Source: Patellaria atrata CBS 101060 (taxonomy: Eukaryota). From it: DNA of 64,000 bases. Made by a program: the position numbers and the translations under genes. The stretch spans positions 531,121-595,120 of the forward strand of contig MU006103.1 of NCBI GenBank assembly GCA_010093705.1. Reading direction: 5' to 3'. Shown here piece after piece: positions 37,401 through 49,261 of this stretch. Below the pieces are notes generated by a model. It did not search any database and was not told where the DNA came from. It saw only the letters and a program-made list of their open reading frames with translations. Within the stretch, counting starts at the first letter, position 1. Every line of letters starts with the position of its first letter.

Positions 37401-39248
37401 CCGGAGGTGAAGATTATATAGGCCGAATCGGTTGGCTCCTGGTCTAGAGCAAGGTCGGATCCATCATTATGCTTTGAGAGCTCGAGCAAATCTTCAATAG
37501 GAGTCTCGTTCTCAAAGAGACCAGCCGTGCTGTTGTCCACCAGGATATGGGTTGCCTCGACCGTTTTAATAATGAGACGGTTGCGGTCGGCGGGAGCCTC
37601 TGGATCCAAGATCACGTATGCTGCCCCCGCTTTAAGGATTGCAAGGAGAGTAAGTATCAGTTCAGAAGTCGTGCGCATTAGTACCGGTACAACTAAGCCT
37701 CTATGCTGTCGGATTTGGCGCGCGAGCTGATTCGCTCTCTTATTGAACGTGGAATACGAGAGCGGTTCATCAGATTCAAACTGAACTGCGCTCAAATCAG
37801 GCGTTAACCTTGCTTGCTGTTCAATTAGGTTGTGAAGAAGACCTCGTTGAGGCTTGAATGCTGCCTTCCCAGACTGGAGAATGAAGTCTGTTTCGCTCGG
37901 TAAAAACATTTGAATATCTGAAATGCGGCATTTTGGGTTTTCGACCATGTATTCCAAAGCTGCCACAAAATGCTTCATTAGTGCTTGAGCATCACATGCA
38001 GGGACGGATGAATTGTGTCGCAGGCTGAATTTCAGCTGTGTGGCAATAGAGATATTGAGAACCACTATCACTTGTAGTCAGTCTCGCGTCCTTGTTTTTT
38101 TTTTTTTCGGTTTTTCGGTTGAAGAGCAGCAACTTACAAGCAAAATCATCATCGTCAGTCATCACGTCGTAGCCATCATCGGTAAATCCGATTGAAACCT
38201 TTATTTGCGGTTGTTTGTAGTTGGCAGCCTCCAAAATTTGCTTATAGCCGATAAAAGCGTTGCAAGACGCCTCAGCTGTCACGTCCCTGACATGACCAAT
38301 CCAAGCAAGGGTATCTGTATTGTCTGGTATGGACAACATCAGTGGAAACTTTTGGTCAACCAGTCCGATCACCGATTCATGCTTGAAGAACGTTCTATCT
38401 CGACTCTCAACTACAAAGCATGCGTTCCGTTGACCATTGAGCCTATGCCTATCGGCAACGATAGCCCATGCAGCGTATAACAAGTCATGGGCCCGCATAT
38501 CGAAAGTTTCCATGAACTCCAACATTTCGCCGAGTAGTTCATCGCATGCAGTGACTACTGTCTCAACTCTGGGAGACTGGTGCACCTGAGGAAATGAATA
38601 GAGTGATGATGGCTCCTCACCCTCAGGGAATAGCTTTTTCCAATAATTTTGGGCTCCTTGTATGTCTTTCGTGGAGATGTGCTTAACATAAGCGGCCATT
38701 GACTGATTTGGCTCTAAAGGATATCCATTGAAGCAGAGAAAAAATTTCCTTTGAAGTAAAGCCAGTGAGGTTTTGTCAATCAGGGCTGGGTGTATGTATA
38801 GCACGACAACGGTTTCGCCATCCTCGGCCACTACTTCAAGCAGCCCGCCCTCACGGGAATGTGGCCTAGTAGAAAGGTATTTGATGGGATTTGCGGCTGG
38901 ATGGATTACCTGAGAGTAAACACCGTCTTCAGAGGTCTGGATTCGAGTACGCAACACCGGAGTATTCCGAGCTATGGTCTGCCAAGTGGAGGCTATTCTC
39001 TCGATCGTTTGATTAGAAGTATCTGGTATCTTAAGTAGGACAATTGAGGTAACTGCATCCTGATTTTCCCTGCAAATGGCTTCTTGTTGTGCTAATAAAT
39101 GGACGTTCTCATTGAAGGCGAATTTAGATTTAATGTCAGAGACTTTATCTTGAAGTGCTTTCCGTCCCAGTTTGGATGTTTTTGTTCGAAAAGAAGAGGT
39201 TATCGAAACTGGTTCTTGGCAGGTCGGTTCATCAATGAAAGGGGCCAT
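31420..39248 (-). CDS. Bimodular nonribosomal peptide synthetase, C*-A-T-C-A-T-C, about 2569 aa
   Basis: Exons 39248-38138, 38070-31925 and 31872-31420. A3 motifs FTSGSTGKPK and YTSGSTGKPKG; YRTGDL and YQTGDL; T domains LGGSSL and IGGDSI; C motifs IHPALID, HHALFD and DHASYDG. Confidence 0.93.
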
Positions 39249-41392
39249 GACGGATTTAGCACCAATTACGAGCACTCTGTCAAAGAGAACCGCGACAGAA
39301 CCATAAAAGACAGGGGTAAAGAAAGAGGAGCTCTGAAAATGAGAGGGTTGAATAAAAGATATCAACTACAGAAATGATTCAAAGTAAAGATCGGGCTCTG
39401 GCCAATATCTAGGAATCTCCGCACACTCTCCCTTTTAAAGATACCCTAAATTTTCTCTAAGCAGTCCCAATTTCCAGCTCACTCCGTGCTCAACCGTGAT
39501 TCCGGTATCAGGTCTAGGTGTAATGATCTTACAGAGCTACCACCTTCCGTCCGCTAACGTTTGAAAGTTTACCATGTTGGAACTTGGATATCAACAGAGA
39601 AAACATGGTTTCTCCCTTCTGTGCACAGATCGCAAGCTGTTTGCTGAACTCCTGTTGTCGCCTTAGCGGTTCCATGACAATACGAACTTCGTAAGTATTG
39701 ATCTCCAAGATACTACTCACAAGCAGTGATGCCCATGAGCTGGAAGTTAGTCGGTTGGACCGGATTTCGGCACCCGTTTCGAATGGTTTCAAAATGACCG
39801 AACTGGGATGGATATGGATTCAACTACCAGAAAATGCAGTCAGATCCATTTGAACTTCCTCCCCGGAAATCCCTCTCCTCTCTCCCCTCCCCTCTCGCCT
39901 TTTTGCCCCTTTTTACTATGACCCGTCGGATGTACCCGAATAAGCAGCAGATGCCTAGCCCGTGCGTAACCCGTGCGGTGCGGCGTAGCCGTGTTATTGA
40001 GTATATTCACGCCTATTACTAATCATTTACATAATAATAGTGGATTCGTTGTATCGGACCGGACTCGGATTAGATCCGCCATTGGATCTTACCTTGCTTT
40101 AGATTCGACGCTCAATCTGGCTCAGTCAACACTGACATCATTGCCGCTCACTGTGCAATTGTTGGGACTCTCTCCGGCTGATTTGCTGAGAGGCTTATCC
40201 GATACTCGAGACATTGCTTCAACGAGATCTCATCACTTTCACGTAATGTTAGAACCCAGGAGCCCGGGTGAAGGTAAGATCGGGCTGAACGAGGAGATTT
40301 CGCCTCATCGCTCGATACGATGGACCGAATGGACACACTCGGTTAGCAATACCAGATTCTACATTACAAAGGCCGCTTGTACTGATTGAGTTCTCCTCGT
40401 TGAGCTCTCTTACGGACGATCATAGACCCACGAGCTCCTCAGTACTCGACAACTCCCTTTTAAAAAAAATAAAAATTTAGAACAGACAGTTCACGGGCTG
40501 CTCTCTGTAGGAATGAGAGAGTCTACTAAACCTACCTAACGGGTCAAGACGTGGACACACTGTCGATGAAAAGTAGTAAAGATAGACTAATTTACTTGCC
40601 TTAGGGATCGCTTCTTATCGGCTATAGCAATTTGGTCATCAGCGTAGAGAATGATCTGCAAGCTGACATCTAGTTATGAATTGCCGGTAAAGTCAAGACC
40701 CTCCCTTGTCTTGGATGTAGGCAATTAGATTAATAGAACAATAATATCAGAGCTTCGGAGTTTGGCTAGTCAAAACCCATACCCAGGCAGGAGAGGCGAA
40801 AGCGTAAATGCCACCGTAACTCCCCTTTGTGAAACAAGAAAAATAACCATGCATGGGTGAAGATACTACAGATGATTCTGTCCTACAGTGGCTAATTGAT
40901 CGACTGTATAGCATGACAGCTAGCTGGATTCTACCATCTCGCATATCGTGGCTTGACCTTCCTAATTGCGGACTCACTGCAGGGTAGCTGCAGGATCACT
41001 GTACGGGGTTACCTATCTACGTAGAGAACCCTAGCCGAGCGGCCGTGCCTATACCTCAGAATAGAACGTTCTAGTAGTACTCGCTCTGATCTTTTTACAG
41101 CATAGGGGCCGTTACTGGGCCTCTGGACAGTAGCAGGGTTTGCCATATCTCTAATCTTTCTCGGACAGGTCAAGCGGCGTGAATGATATATCGCGTGACA
41201 AGCTTTTCTTTCCTTCGTATCAGTAATAGAGTCGAGCCCTTCCAAATTACTACGAAATGTAATATCTTCTTGACTGTCTCAAGCTCCCACCCTCCCGCAT
41301 ATAAGAACTTAAAATCCTTTGATTCAGGCCCTTTCTAAGGAAAATCTCACTATAATTCTATTTCCGATCAGTTATTCCTCTTTGCAGTTATC

Positions 41393-42545
41393 ATGAGTTC
41401 AATTATTCAAATTGGAAAAAAAGTTACCAGCCCTCTTGGTTTCCAGAAAGGGTACAATGTCATCCTTTGTAAGTGAGAAGTACTCGACGCTTTCCTCAAG
41501 ACATGCTGACTCCGTAGTCATTATTTTTGGAGGAGCGCTGATGGGGTTTGCCCTGGCCCGATTCCAGTTCCTGTCTTTCAAGGGTGTTTTTTGCAAACCT
41601 CTCTCGACCCTAGGGGCTGCTCCAGGAGAATGTTACTGGTATAAGCAAGATCTCTACAAAGCCGGAATTCTACTCCATCTCGGTTGCATGCTCCCAGCTT
41701 CCTTTCTGGCCGCCTTCCAGTTCGTTCCATCCATTAGACACCACCTCTTGATTTTCCACCGTATGAATGGATACATCATCATTCTTTTAACATTGGTCGG
41801 TAACGCTGGTGCTATCATTATCGCACGCCATGTCTTTGGGGGTACTGTTGCTACTCAAACTCTTGTTGGCACTTTATTTCTCATGTCAACATTTGGCATC
41901 CTAAACGCCTACTACAACATCAAATGTCTCCAAATAGACCAACACCGCGCATGGATGCTGCGCACATTTGCTTGGATGGGATCTATTATTACCGCTCGTG
42001 TAATCCTTATTACTATGATCCATGCCATCAGTTCCCTTCCCGCGGGCTACAACTTCTACGATAACCGCTCCTGTGATGAACTGATCTCCATCGCCGGTCC
42101 CGATCCCGTTTACGCTTTCTATCCCGAGTGCGTACCCGGATTCTCAAACAGCACAACTGCTGGCCGTGTTATCCTTCGTGCAACATGGAATTCCGACAAT
42201 CCGTTCGAAAAAGTAGCAGTGGCTGGTCTGAGTTTCCCCGCTACCGTATGGCTTTCCCTCGCTCTCCATGTTCTCGGCATCGAGTTGTACCTTGCTTTCA
42301 CGCCGAGGGAGGGGCAGAGGCTTCGCCAAATCTCCTACGAGAGACAACTTGCGCGCGGCATGAAGAATCCTGGAAGCGCAGGTCTCGTCCCCGAGAAGTT
42401 CGCGGATGCGGATCCTTGGGTTCCCAAACTCGAAGATAGAGAGATTCAAAAAAATAAAGAATCTTCCTCAAGATCGAGTGGAGATGACTTTGCGAACATT
42501 GAGAGGAGTATTACTGATTCTGTTAGGATTTATGCTACAGCTTAA
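41393..42545 (+). CDS. DUF2306-type predicted membrane protein (1 intron)
   Basis: PLGFQKGYN, APGECYWY, His-bearing TM motifs (LHL..LPA, FHRMNGY, QIDQHRAWMLR, ALHVLGIELYL), LRQISYERQL. Confidence 0.8.
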
Positions 42546-43795
42546 CTAAAGAAATCGAGTTGGGTGTTTGGGAAACCTGGTAAGCTTAACTGGGCAATGC
42601 AATCGTTTACAAGTGTCAAGTGTGTTTTTCGTCTCGATCCATTTTGTACTACTGGACAGGTGTATTTGCGTCCGTATGGACTGGGTTGTTTGTGCTTCAT
42701 ACCCGACCGTTCGCAATGAAGCGAAAACCAACTGAAGCTGGAATGGAAGGGGACATGACGGGAGGTAGTCAAAGCTCAGAGCTTTTCATTTCCCGGATCT
42801 GTGCTCAATAAGGTTAATTAACCTTTTTGAACTAGAACAAACGCTAGCTATCTTCGGCTTAGGTAGAGAATTAAGATCTAATGCAAAACCGATACGGTCT
42901 AGTATAGAAACATTGACATCATGCAGTAAGAGCCTTATTTATACTACCTCGCAGAGCACAACTGATCTTTAACACTCACTTGAACCTTTTCTCGGACATC
43001 TCAGTAAAAGTTCTGATTGATGTGGTGTGCTATTTATTGAACTGATAATTTGCCGAATAGGTAGACTTTATCGGATTTTGCAGGATTGCAATTCCTACGG
43101 ATACCCATTTGGCGAACATCCAGAGACCGGCCAGTGGGATAGTAAGAGAAGCTCGCGGGAAACGTGACAGAGAGGGCTTCTAGCCCTATGGAATGGAATC
43201 ACCTCACGCCCTGTCATATTTGGTAGTTACAGTAACAAGGCCAATCGCATCCATCCACTTGCGACCTCCGACCTCCGAGCCCCCGAAGACCGCTCCGGTT
43301 ACACGAGAGAATCCTTTCGACTATAGCCGTGCTGCCGTATCTTTTGTTTCCTACACCCGCTTGAGAAGAGGGCATCATGATCTTTTCGCAATAACTGAGC
43401 GGTGAATAAGCCGCCTAGATAGTGCAAGATGGAGTTTTCCATACGAGGAAATAAGAACGGACGAGACACGATTTCTACATCATCACATTGCGGTGTAGCT
43501 TACGATTGCAATATGACAAAGAATACGGGAATATTCTAACCGGATGCTCATGATTTCACGCAGTTCACAGGTTGAAGGTTAGAAGTGCGAATTCCTTCCC
43601 CATTAGAAAACAGGTGGGTTGTGTATCTCATCAGGGCGAACTTCCCCATCAAATTCCGTTTCTTAGCTTCAGTTCGTTAAAGATCTTCTTTGCAATTATT
43701 AGTCTTCAATTCTATTTTCCAGCCTCCTTCTCTTTACTCAAGATCATTTTCATCTTGCTATCCTAGAAAAAATTGTTGCACTACAGTCAATCGTC

Positions 43796-44470
43796 ATGTC
43801 CACCGTCGCAAACCCAAAAAACCCTCCAGTCTTTGTGGGAATTGCCGCCCCTCCCCCTGCTGGCAAACAAGCTATTGCTTGCCTCGACCCCAACAACTGT
43901 CCTGCCACTCATGAGGCTTGTGGTAAAGTCCTGAACTTTTTCCCCTTTCGCCGCAACATCTTCGAGTTACTCGCACGCTCTTCCGGATCATTTCCTCACC
44001 TCATGCGAACACTTGGCTCAATCTTCAATGGGGCCGAGCGAACAATCCCACTTCTTGACTGGCAGCTCATTGTTTTGCGGGTCGCAGGAAGTTTGGACGC
44101 GGCATATGAGTTCGACGTTAACGAGCCCGTTGCGAGAGTCTACGAAATGGGTGATGATAAGATCCAAGCGTTGAAGGACGGACTTAACACCGAGGACATT
44201 CTCAAGATGGGAATCTGGAGTGAGAGACAGCAATGTATCATTACGCTTGTGGATGAGAGTTTGGCGACATATACCAATAAGGAGAGTACAATCGAGTGGG
44301 CGAAGAAATTGATGACTGAGGATGAGGTCGTTGAGTGCTTTATCGTGCTAGGATTGTACGCAATGATCGCTAGAATCACCAGAGGGTTGAGAGTTCAGAT
44401 AGATCCGGAGATTCCTGGTTTGGACGGATTTATCAGAAAGGGGGTCACGAAGAATGCTAGGGATCCTTAA
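43796..44470 (+). CDS. AhpD/carboxymuconolactone-decarboxylase-like protein
   Basis: NIFELLARS, WQLIVLRVA.....YEF, SERQQCII.LVDE, EVVE...VLGLY.MIARI pattern typical of AhpD-like helical proteins. Confidence 0.75.
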   Translation: MSTVANPKNPPVFVGIAAPPPAGKQAIACLDPNNCPATHEACGKVLNFFPFRRNIFELLARSSGSFPHLMRTLGSIFNGAERTIPLLDWQLIVLRVAGSLDAAYEFDVNEPVARVYEMGDDKIQALKDGLNTEDILKMGIWSERQQCIITLVDESLATYTNKESTIEWAKKLMTEDEVVECFIVLGLYAMIARITRGLRVQIDPEIPGLDGFIRKGVTKNARDP

Positions 44471-44721
44471 GTGGTTGACAACTTAACTCCTTGATGCGAG
44501 AATAATGGAAACCTATGTCGCTATTTTATCTCAATTGGTTTTTTATGGCCCTCGTGATATCTAGCGCGTGTAACGTCAAATTATATTCAAAGTGTATTGG
44601 CATTACCTTTGCGTCTAGGTGTTCGACTTTTAATTCATACGTGTTAAACCATTTTTGTTTATGCTCGGAGAAGATAGAGACCGTACATAAAATCAAAAAT
44701 GAAACCCTTGACATTATACGC

Positions 44722-45789
44722 CTATTCAAAGATGAGAATAGACTTTGTACTATTTCTTTCCATCTTCACAGCATCCGCCACCGCTTCAATCAAGTTCTCC
44801 GAATCCTCTACATTCCATTTGATCTCCCTATGCCTAGGTAACCTCAATTGTCTTGCCTCAAAAAGATCCACGAACCATGCTAACAGGTCAGCCAGTTCCT
44901 TCTCACTCCTTTGCGCCGCCTGTGCCGTAGTTCTAAAACTCCTAAATACACCGGCTTTCCAAAAGATATCTCTATGCGTCAACTGAATCGCACTATCTGG
45001 GCCTCCCCCACCAAACTGTCCATAATTAACGAAAACAGCTCCGTTGCTCATCGCACTCGCAATCTGGCGTGCCGAGCTTCCCCACACCGAGTCGAGCGCC
45101 AGAACAATTTTCCTCCCATCCGCAACCTCAGCGGGGATGAACTCCTTCTCTTCCAGAACCACATCCATGAACGCCGTGAGCGCCACCTTAGCCTCTCGAC
45201 CTGCCGCCTCATCCGGCCTATCGCGAATGATACTCACAGTCCTCGCGCCCTTCAGTCTCGCAAACTGTGCGACCGTCTGGGCGATGGCCGACGAGCCCGC
45301 ATTCTGAACGACCCAATCTCCCTTCTCAAGCGCTTTCATATCCTCGACTAGGAAATACGCCGGGAGAACCACGGTCTTCAGGATAGAGGCGAAGAGGACG
45401 TTCGTGCCGCTTTTGACCTTGACGACGTCGCTTGCTTCGACCAAGGCATGCGTGCGCCATGTGCCGAGTCCGTAAGATTTGGGGATCACTAGGTTCCCTT
45501 CTTTCAGCTCCGTCACTGAACTTCCGACTTTGAGGACGCGGGCGACGCCGTCGAAGCCTGGGATTGGGGAGGCATTGAGGGTGTGCCGGGGTTTGATTGG
45601 GTACCGACCTGCGAGGACGTGAATGTCGAGAGGGTTTATGGGCGCAGCGAGGAGTTTGAGGAGGACTTGGGTTGAGGAGGGGTCTACAAGGGGGAAAGTT
45701 TGGAGGGTTAGGGATTCGTTCAGGGAGGTTGAGTCGGTAAGGGGGTGGTTGATGGTTAGAGTTTGTCCTGCTATTGGGTTGCGGGGCAT
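44722..45789 (-). CDS. MDR-family trans-2-enoyl reductase (Etr1/MECR-like), intronless
   Basis: LAAPINPLDI...GRYP, GLGTWRTHA, GDWVVQNAGSSAI, LALDSVWG, FVNYG. Confidence 0.88.
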   Translation of the reverse strand: MPRNPIAGQTLTINHPLTDSTSLNESLTLQTFPLVDPSSTQVLLKLLAAPINPLDIHVLAGRYPIKPRHTLNASPIPGFDGVARVLKVGSSVTELKEGNLVIPKSYGLGTWRTHALVEASDVVKVKSGTNVLFASILKTVVLPAYFLVEDMKALEKGDWVVQNAGSSAIAQTVAQFARLKGARTVSIIRDRPDEAAGREAKVALTAFMDVVLEEKEFIPAEVADGRKIVLALDSVWGSSARQIASAMSNGAVFVNYGQFGGGGPDSAIQLTHRDIFWKAGVFRSFRTTAQAAQRSEKELADLLAWFVDLFEARQLRLPRHREIKWNVEDSENLIEAVADAVKMERNSTKSILIFE

Positions 45790-46859
45790 TTTTGGTTCTA
45801 TTGAAAGTGGAAGATGGGAAAGGGGAATGCAAGTTGCAATTTGGAGTTTTGGAAGATGCTACTTGAACTTCTAAAGGGCGAGAGAGTTACCCACTATAGA
45901 CTGATTCTCGCATTAATTCAGCATCAAAATAGGTAGCACGTGGGAGACACCAGGGTTGTCTTACAGCAAAACGTTGCTAAGCTGACCCGCGTCGTCGGGG
46001 TATGGCACTATCTAGCGCCTTTAATCCTAGACCTTCTTTAGCGTAATGATCTCTCGGTTTCCGATAACGGGGCATACTCTTACTCGATCTGGCCAAGTTC
46101 CAGATAAGGTAGGTTTTAATGCAAACTTAAAATTTATGGTTACACGGGACGGTCCGTACCTGGTACGGAGTTTACAGGGTGCTTGTCGATCATGCGCCAC
46201 GCTACTTGCACCAAAGGGAGCACGGGCGAACGCTGAGGGTAGGGTTCATGCGAATGCGCCCAAGAGAGGTCCATGTTCTCGGTTTCGGTTTCGGCACTCC
46301 TCATGCTTAGTTCTATTGCCGCTTGAAAAAAAAACTTTGTTACCAGGTTTTGATTGCCCCTATCTTTTGCCTTGGAAGCGGTCTGCGAATATCGCTTTAT
46401 TGATCGAATTTGCGATATCCTGCTCTTCCTATCCGTTCTTTTTTGTCCGTGTACGCCCCAAGGATTTTTGCTATTACGGCGTTTGCTAATCCAAGTTTAA
46501 TTGTACTTTATGGTTGGCTATCACGCTGCTCTCCCTGTGGCGTTTAACACACCGCTACACCCGGCTAAGTTTAGCTGAGGCCTCCTGTGGTTACAACTAC
46601 CTGTTAAGGAGATGAGGATTCACTTTCTGTGTTCGAATCGTTCATGTGGCTCCCTGATTTCTAAGATGGCAAATCAGGGGTTTCGCGTTGGGTTATTGAT
46701 TGGGAATGAAATTAGAGAGAGCGTTTAAGGTCAAGATGTAAGGAAGTAGAAAGAAGAAAGTAACCCAAAAGTTTTGTTCATCGCCGCTAGTTATCATATA
46801 GTCACTTGGAAACGACATTTTCTGAACTCTAACGCGAACCCATCGCAATCGACTTGACC

Positions 46860-48750
46860 ATGAGTTCTTTGACAGAGAAACAGGTTTCTATTAACGAGCA
46901 ATCGTCTCTAAACAATAGTTCTAGTGAGATTGAGAGTCAGCCTGCATCTCAAGGTGATGAAAAGGTCCATGCACCTTTCAAGAGAAAGACAAGAGGGATC
47001 ACTTGGATTCTAGTTGTGGTCGCCATTCTCTCCAGTATCTTCCTCTACGCATTAGACAACACTATCGTCGCAGATGTCGTTCCCTCCATAACTCAGTCAC
47101 TGGGTAGCAGCGAACTACTTCCATGGCTTTCAGTCGGGTAAGCTTCATCACTCAAATGTAAAGATCACATTCTTCAAGGACTGACAATTCTTCCAGCTTC
47201 ATGATTGGTGGTGTTGGTGTTGCACTTCCGTTTGGTAAGATTTTCGGCTTGTATAACGTGAAATGGTTATACATCTTCTCCTTGACGCTTTTTATGGTGG
47301 GCTCTGCACTTTGCGGTGCAGCACCCAACATGAACGCCATGATTGTGGGTCGTGTCATTGCTGGAGTTGGAGGAAATGGAATGTATCTCGGAGTCATTAC
47401 ATTGCTCTCTGTCAACACCGAAGAGAAAGAAAGACCAATGTATCTTGCCTTGGTGTAAGTTTTGTTCCATTTCGCCCTTGGTGTCAATATACAAAATACT
47501 GATATACTCATGCGAGAGCAGTGGTCTTGTTTTTGGCGTTGGGACATGCGTTGGCCCACTTATTGGAGGAGCCTTTGCTGAATCTCCCGTCGGATGGCCC
47601 TTTGCGTTCTACCTGAATTTGATTATCGGCGGACTGTTCGCCCCTGTCTACCTCTTCATGCTTCCAACCTTTGATCCTCGCCCTGGAGTCCCCTATACTG
47701 AACGGTCTCGCGAAATTGACTACGTCGGTACAGTTCTCAGCATCGGAATGATCGTCTTTACCGTCATCGGTATAAATTTCGGAGGTGCAATCTATGCTTG
47801 GAAAAGTGCAACTGTTATCGTCATGCTGGTTCTTGGCGTGTTATCATGCATTGCTTTCTTCGCGCAGCAGGGATTTGCCTTCTTGACCACGAAAGATCAT
47901 AGAGTCTTCCCTATGCAATTCCTCAGACGTCCAGAGTACATCCTACTCTTTTGTCTCACGTCTGCAGCCAATGCTGCTGGCTTCTGCGTCATCTATTACA
48001 TCCCCTTATACTTCCAATTTGCCAAAGGGGAGGCTCCAGTTGCCGCCGCAGTCAAGATCTTACCCCTGATCGTCTTCATCAGCGCAACGATTCTAGTGAA
48101 CGGTGCTTTGATGGGCAAATTCGGATACTACAAGCCATGGTATGTTGTCGGTACGGCCTTAATGCTAATCGGCGGCGTCCTTATCTGTAAGACCATATAT
48201 CCATCCCATACAGCCCAATTCCTCCAAACTGATAAGATATAGCCCGCGTCAATACCTCCACCTCCACCGCCTATGTGTACGGCATGGAAGTTATCCTTGG
48301 TCTCGGCGTCGGATCCCACATCCAGTCAGGCTTCGCCGTCATCCAATCCATAACCGAACCAGCCGTCATGGCCTATGCAATTACATTCATGATGGTAGCC
48401 CAACTCCTCGGCATCGCGATGGGTCTCTCAGTCTCCGGGGCTGTTTTCGTCAACGTCGCCATCTCGAAGCTGCAAGTGGCTTTACCTCGCGTTCCGCGCA
48501 AGACGTTGTTGGCGTTTATTTCCGGGGCACGGTCGGAGCTTTTTGACACGCTTACGGTGGAGGAGAAAGCGGGCACTGTTCATGCTTTGGTGGAGACTAT
48601 TCAAAAGGTTTTCGTCTGTGTGTATGCTGCGGCTGCGTTTGGATTCGTGCTTTCTTTATTCCTAAGGGTAAGTCGAGGTGGTGAACTGCTGGGATTCCTA
48701 GCTAACTCATCTTTTAGCGCCAGAAGGTTGCCAGTCAAATTTCGGCATGA
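46860..48750 (+). CDS. MFS efflux transporter (DHA2, 14-TM type; 4 introns)
   Basis: FLYALDNTIVADV, LPWLSVG, GSALCGAAPNMNAMIVGRVIAGVGG, GPLIGGAF, FYLNL, YYIPLYFQF. Confidence 0.92.
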
Positions 48751-49261
48751 AGAGGAAACGGTACGAATCGATTAAATGAGTGAGCGCTAGACTTGAACCG
48801 CGGGGCTTTAACGCTTTTGTCGCTCTGTAGGACACAAGATGGTGCTTGAGCTATAGACTTGCTGGGTATGTCTTTCGCATCGCTTGCAATGGTTTGCAGT
48901 TATACGAATATGAAGATAGAATTTAGATTGATGTAATATTGGCCGTAACAAATCCTGTTGAGCACTCTGTGTTGTCGAGTCTAATATTCTGTTAATCATT
49001 ACTTTCCTGGAATCTATTGGAAAGAATACTACACACATCGAGAAATAGAATAGCTATGCGAATCTATCTTCTCGACCTCGGAATAAGATTTGTAAGAAGA
49101 GGTTGCATCACACAGCGCACTGGGAGTTCCTTGGTACTTGGACGAAGCAAAATCAAGCTGTGCAGTAATACAGTTTATTTCAAAATAAACATATAAACTG
49201 ATAGTGACATTTTAGAACATTCGCAAAAGAGGAGAAAAGTTCAAATGAGAGTGAACGATGT

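Noticed and set aside
37992..38137. Apparent frameshift splitting the NRPS into 457-aa and 2059-aa ORFs
   Set aside because: A canonical GTAAGT...CTGAC...AAG intron (38137-38071) joins them in frame.
31420..39248. Chrysogine or siderophore synthetase assignment
   Set aside because: None of the expected partner genes are present (amidotransferase and dioxygenase; ornithine monooxygenase and acyltransferase).
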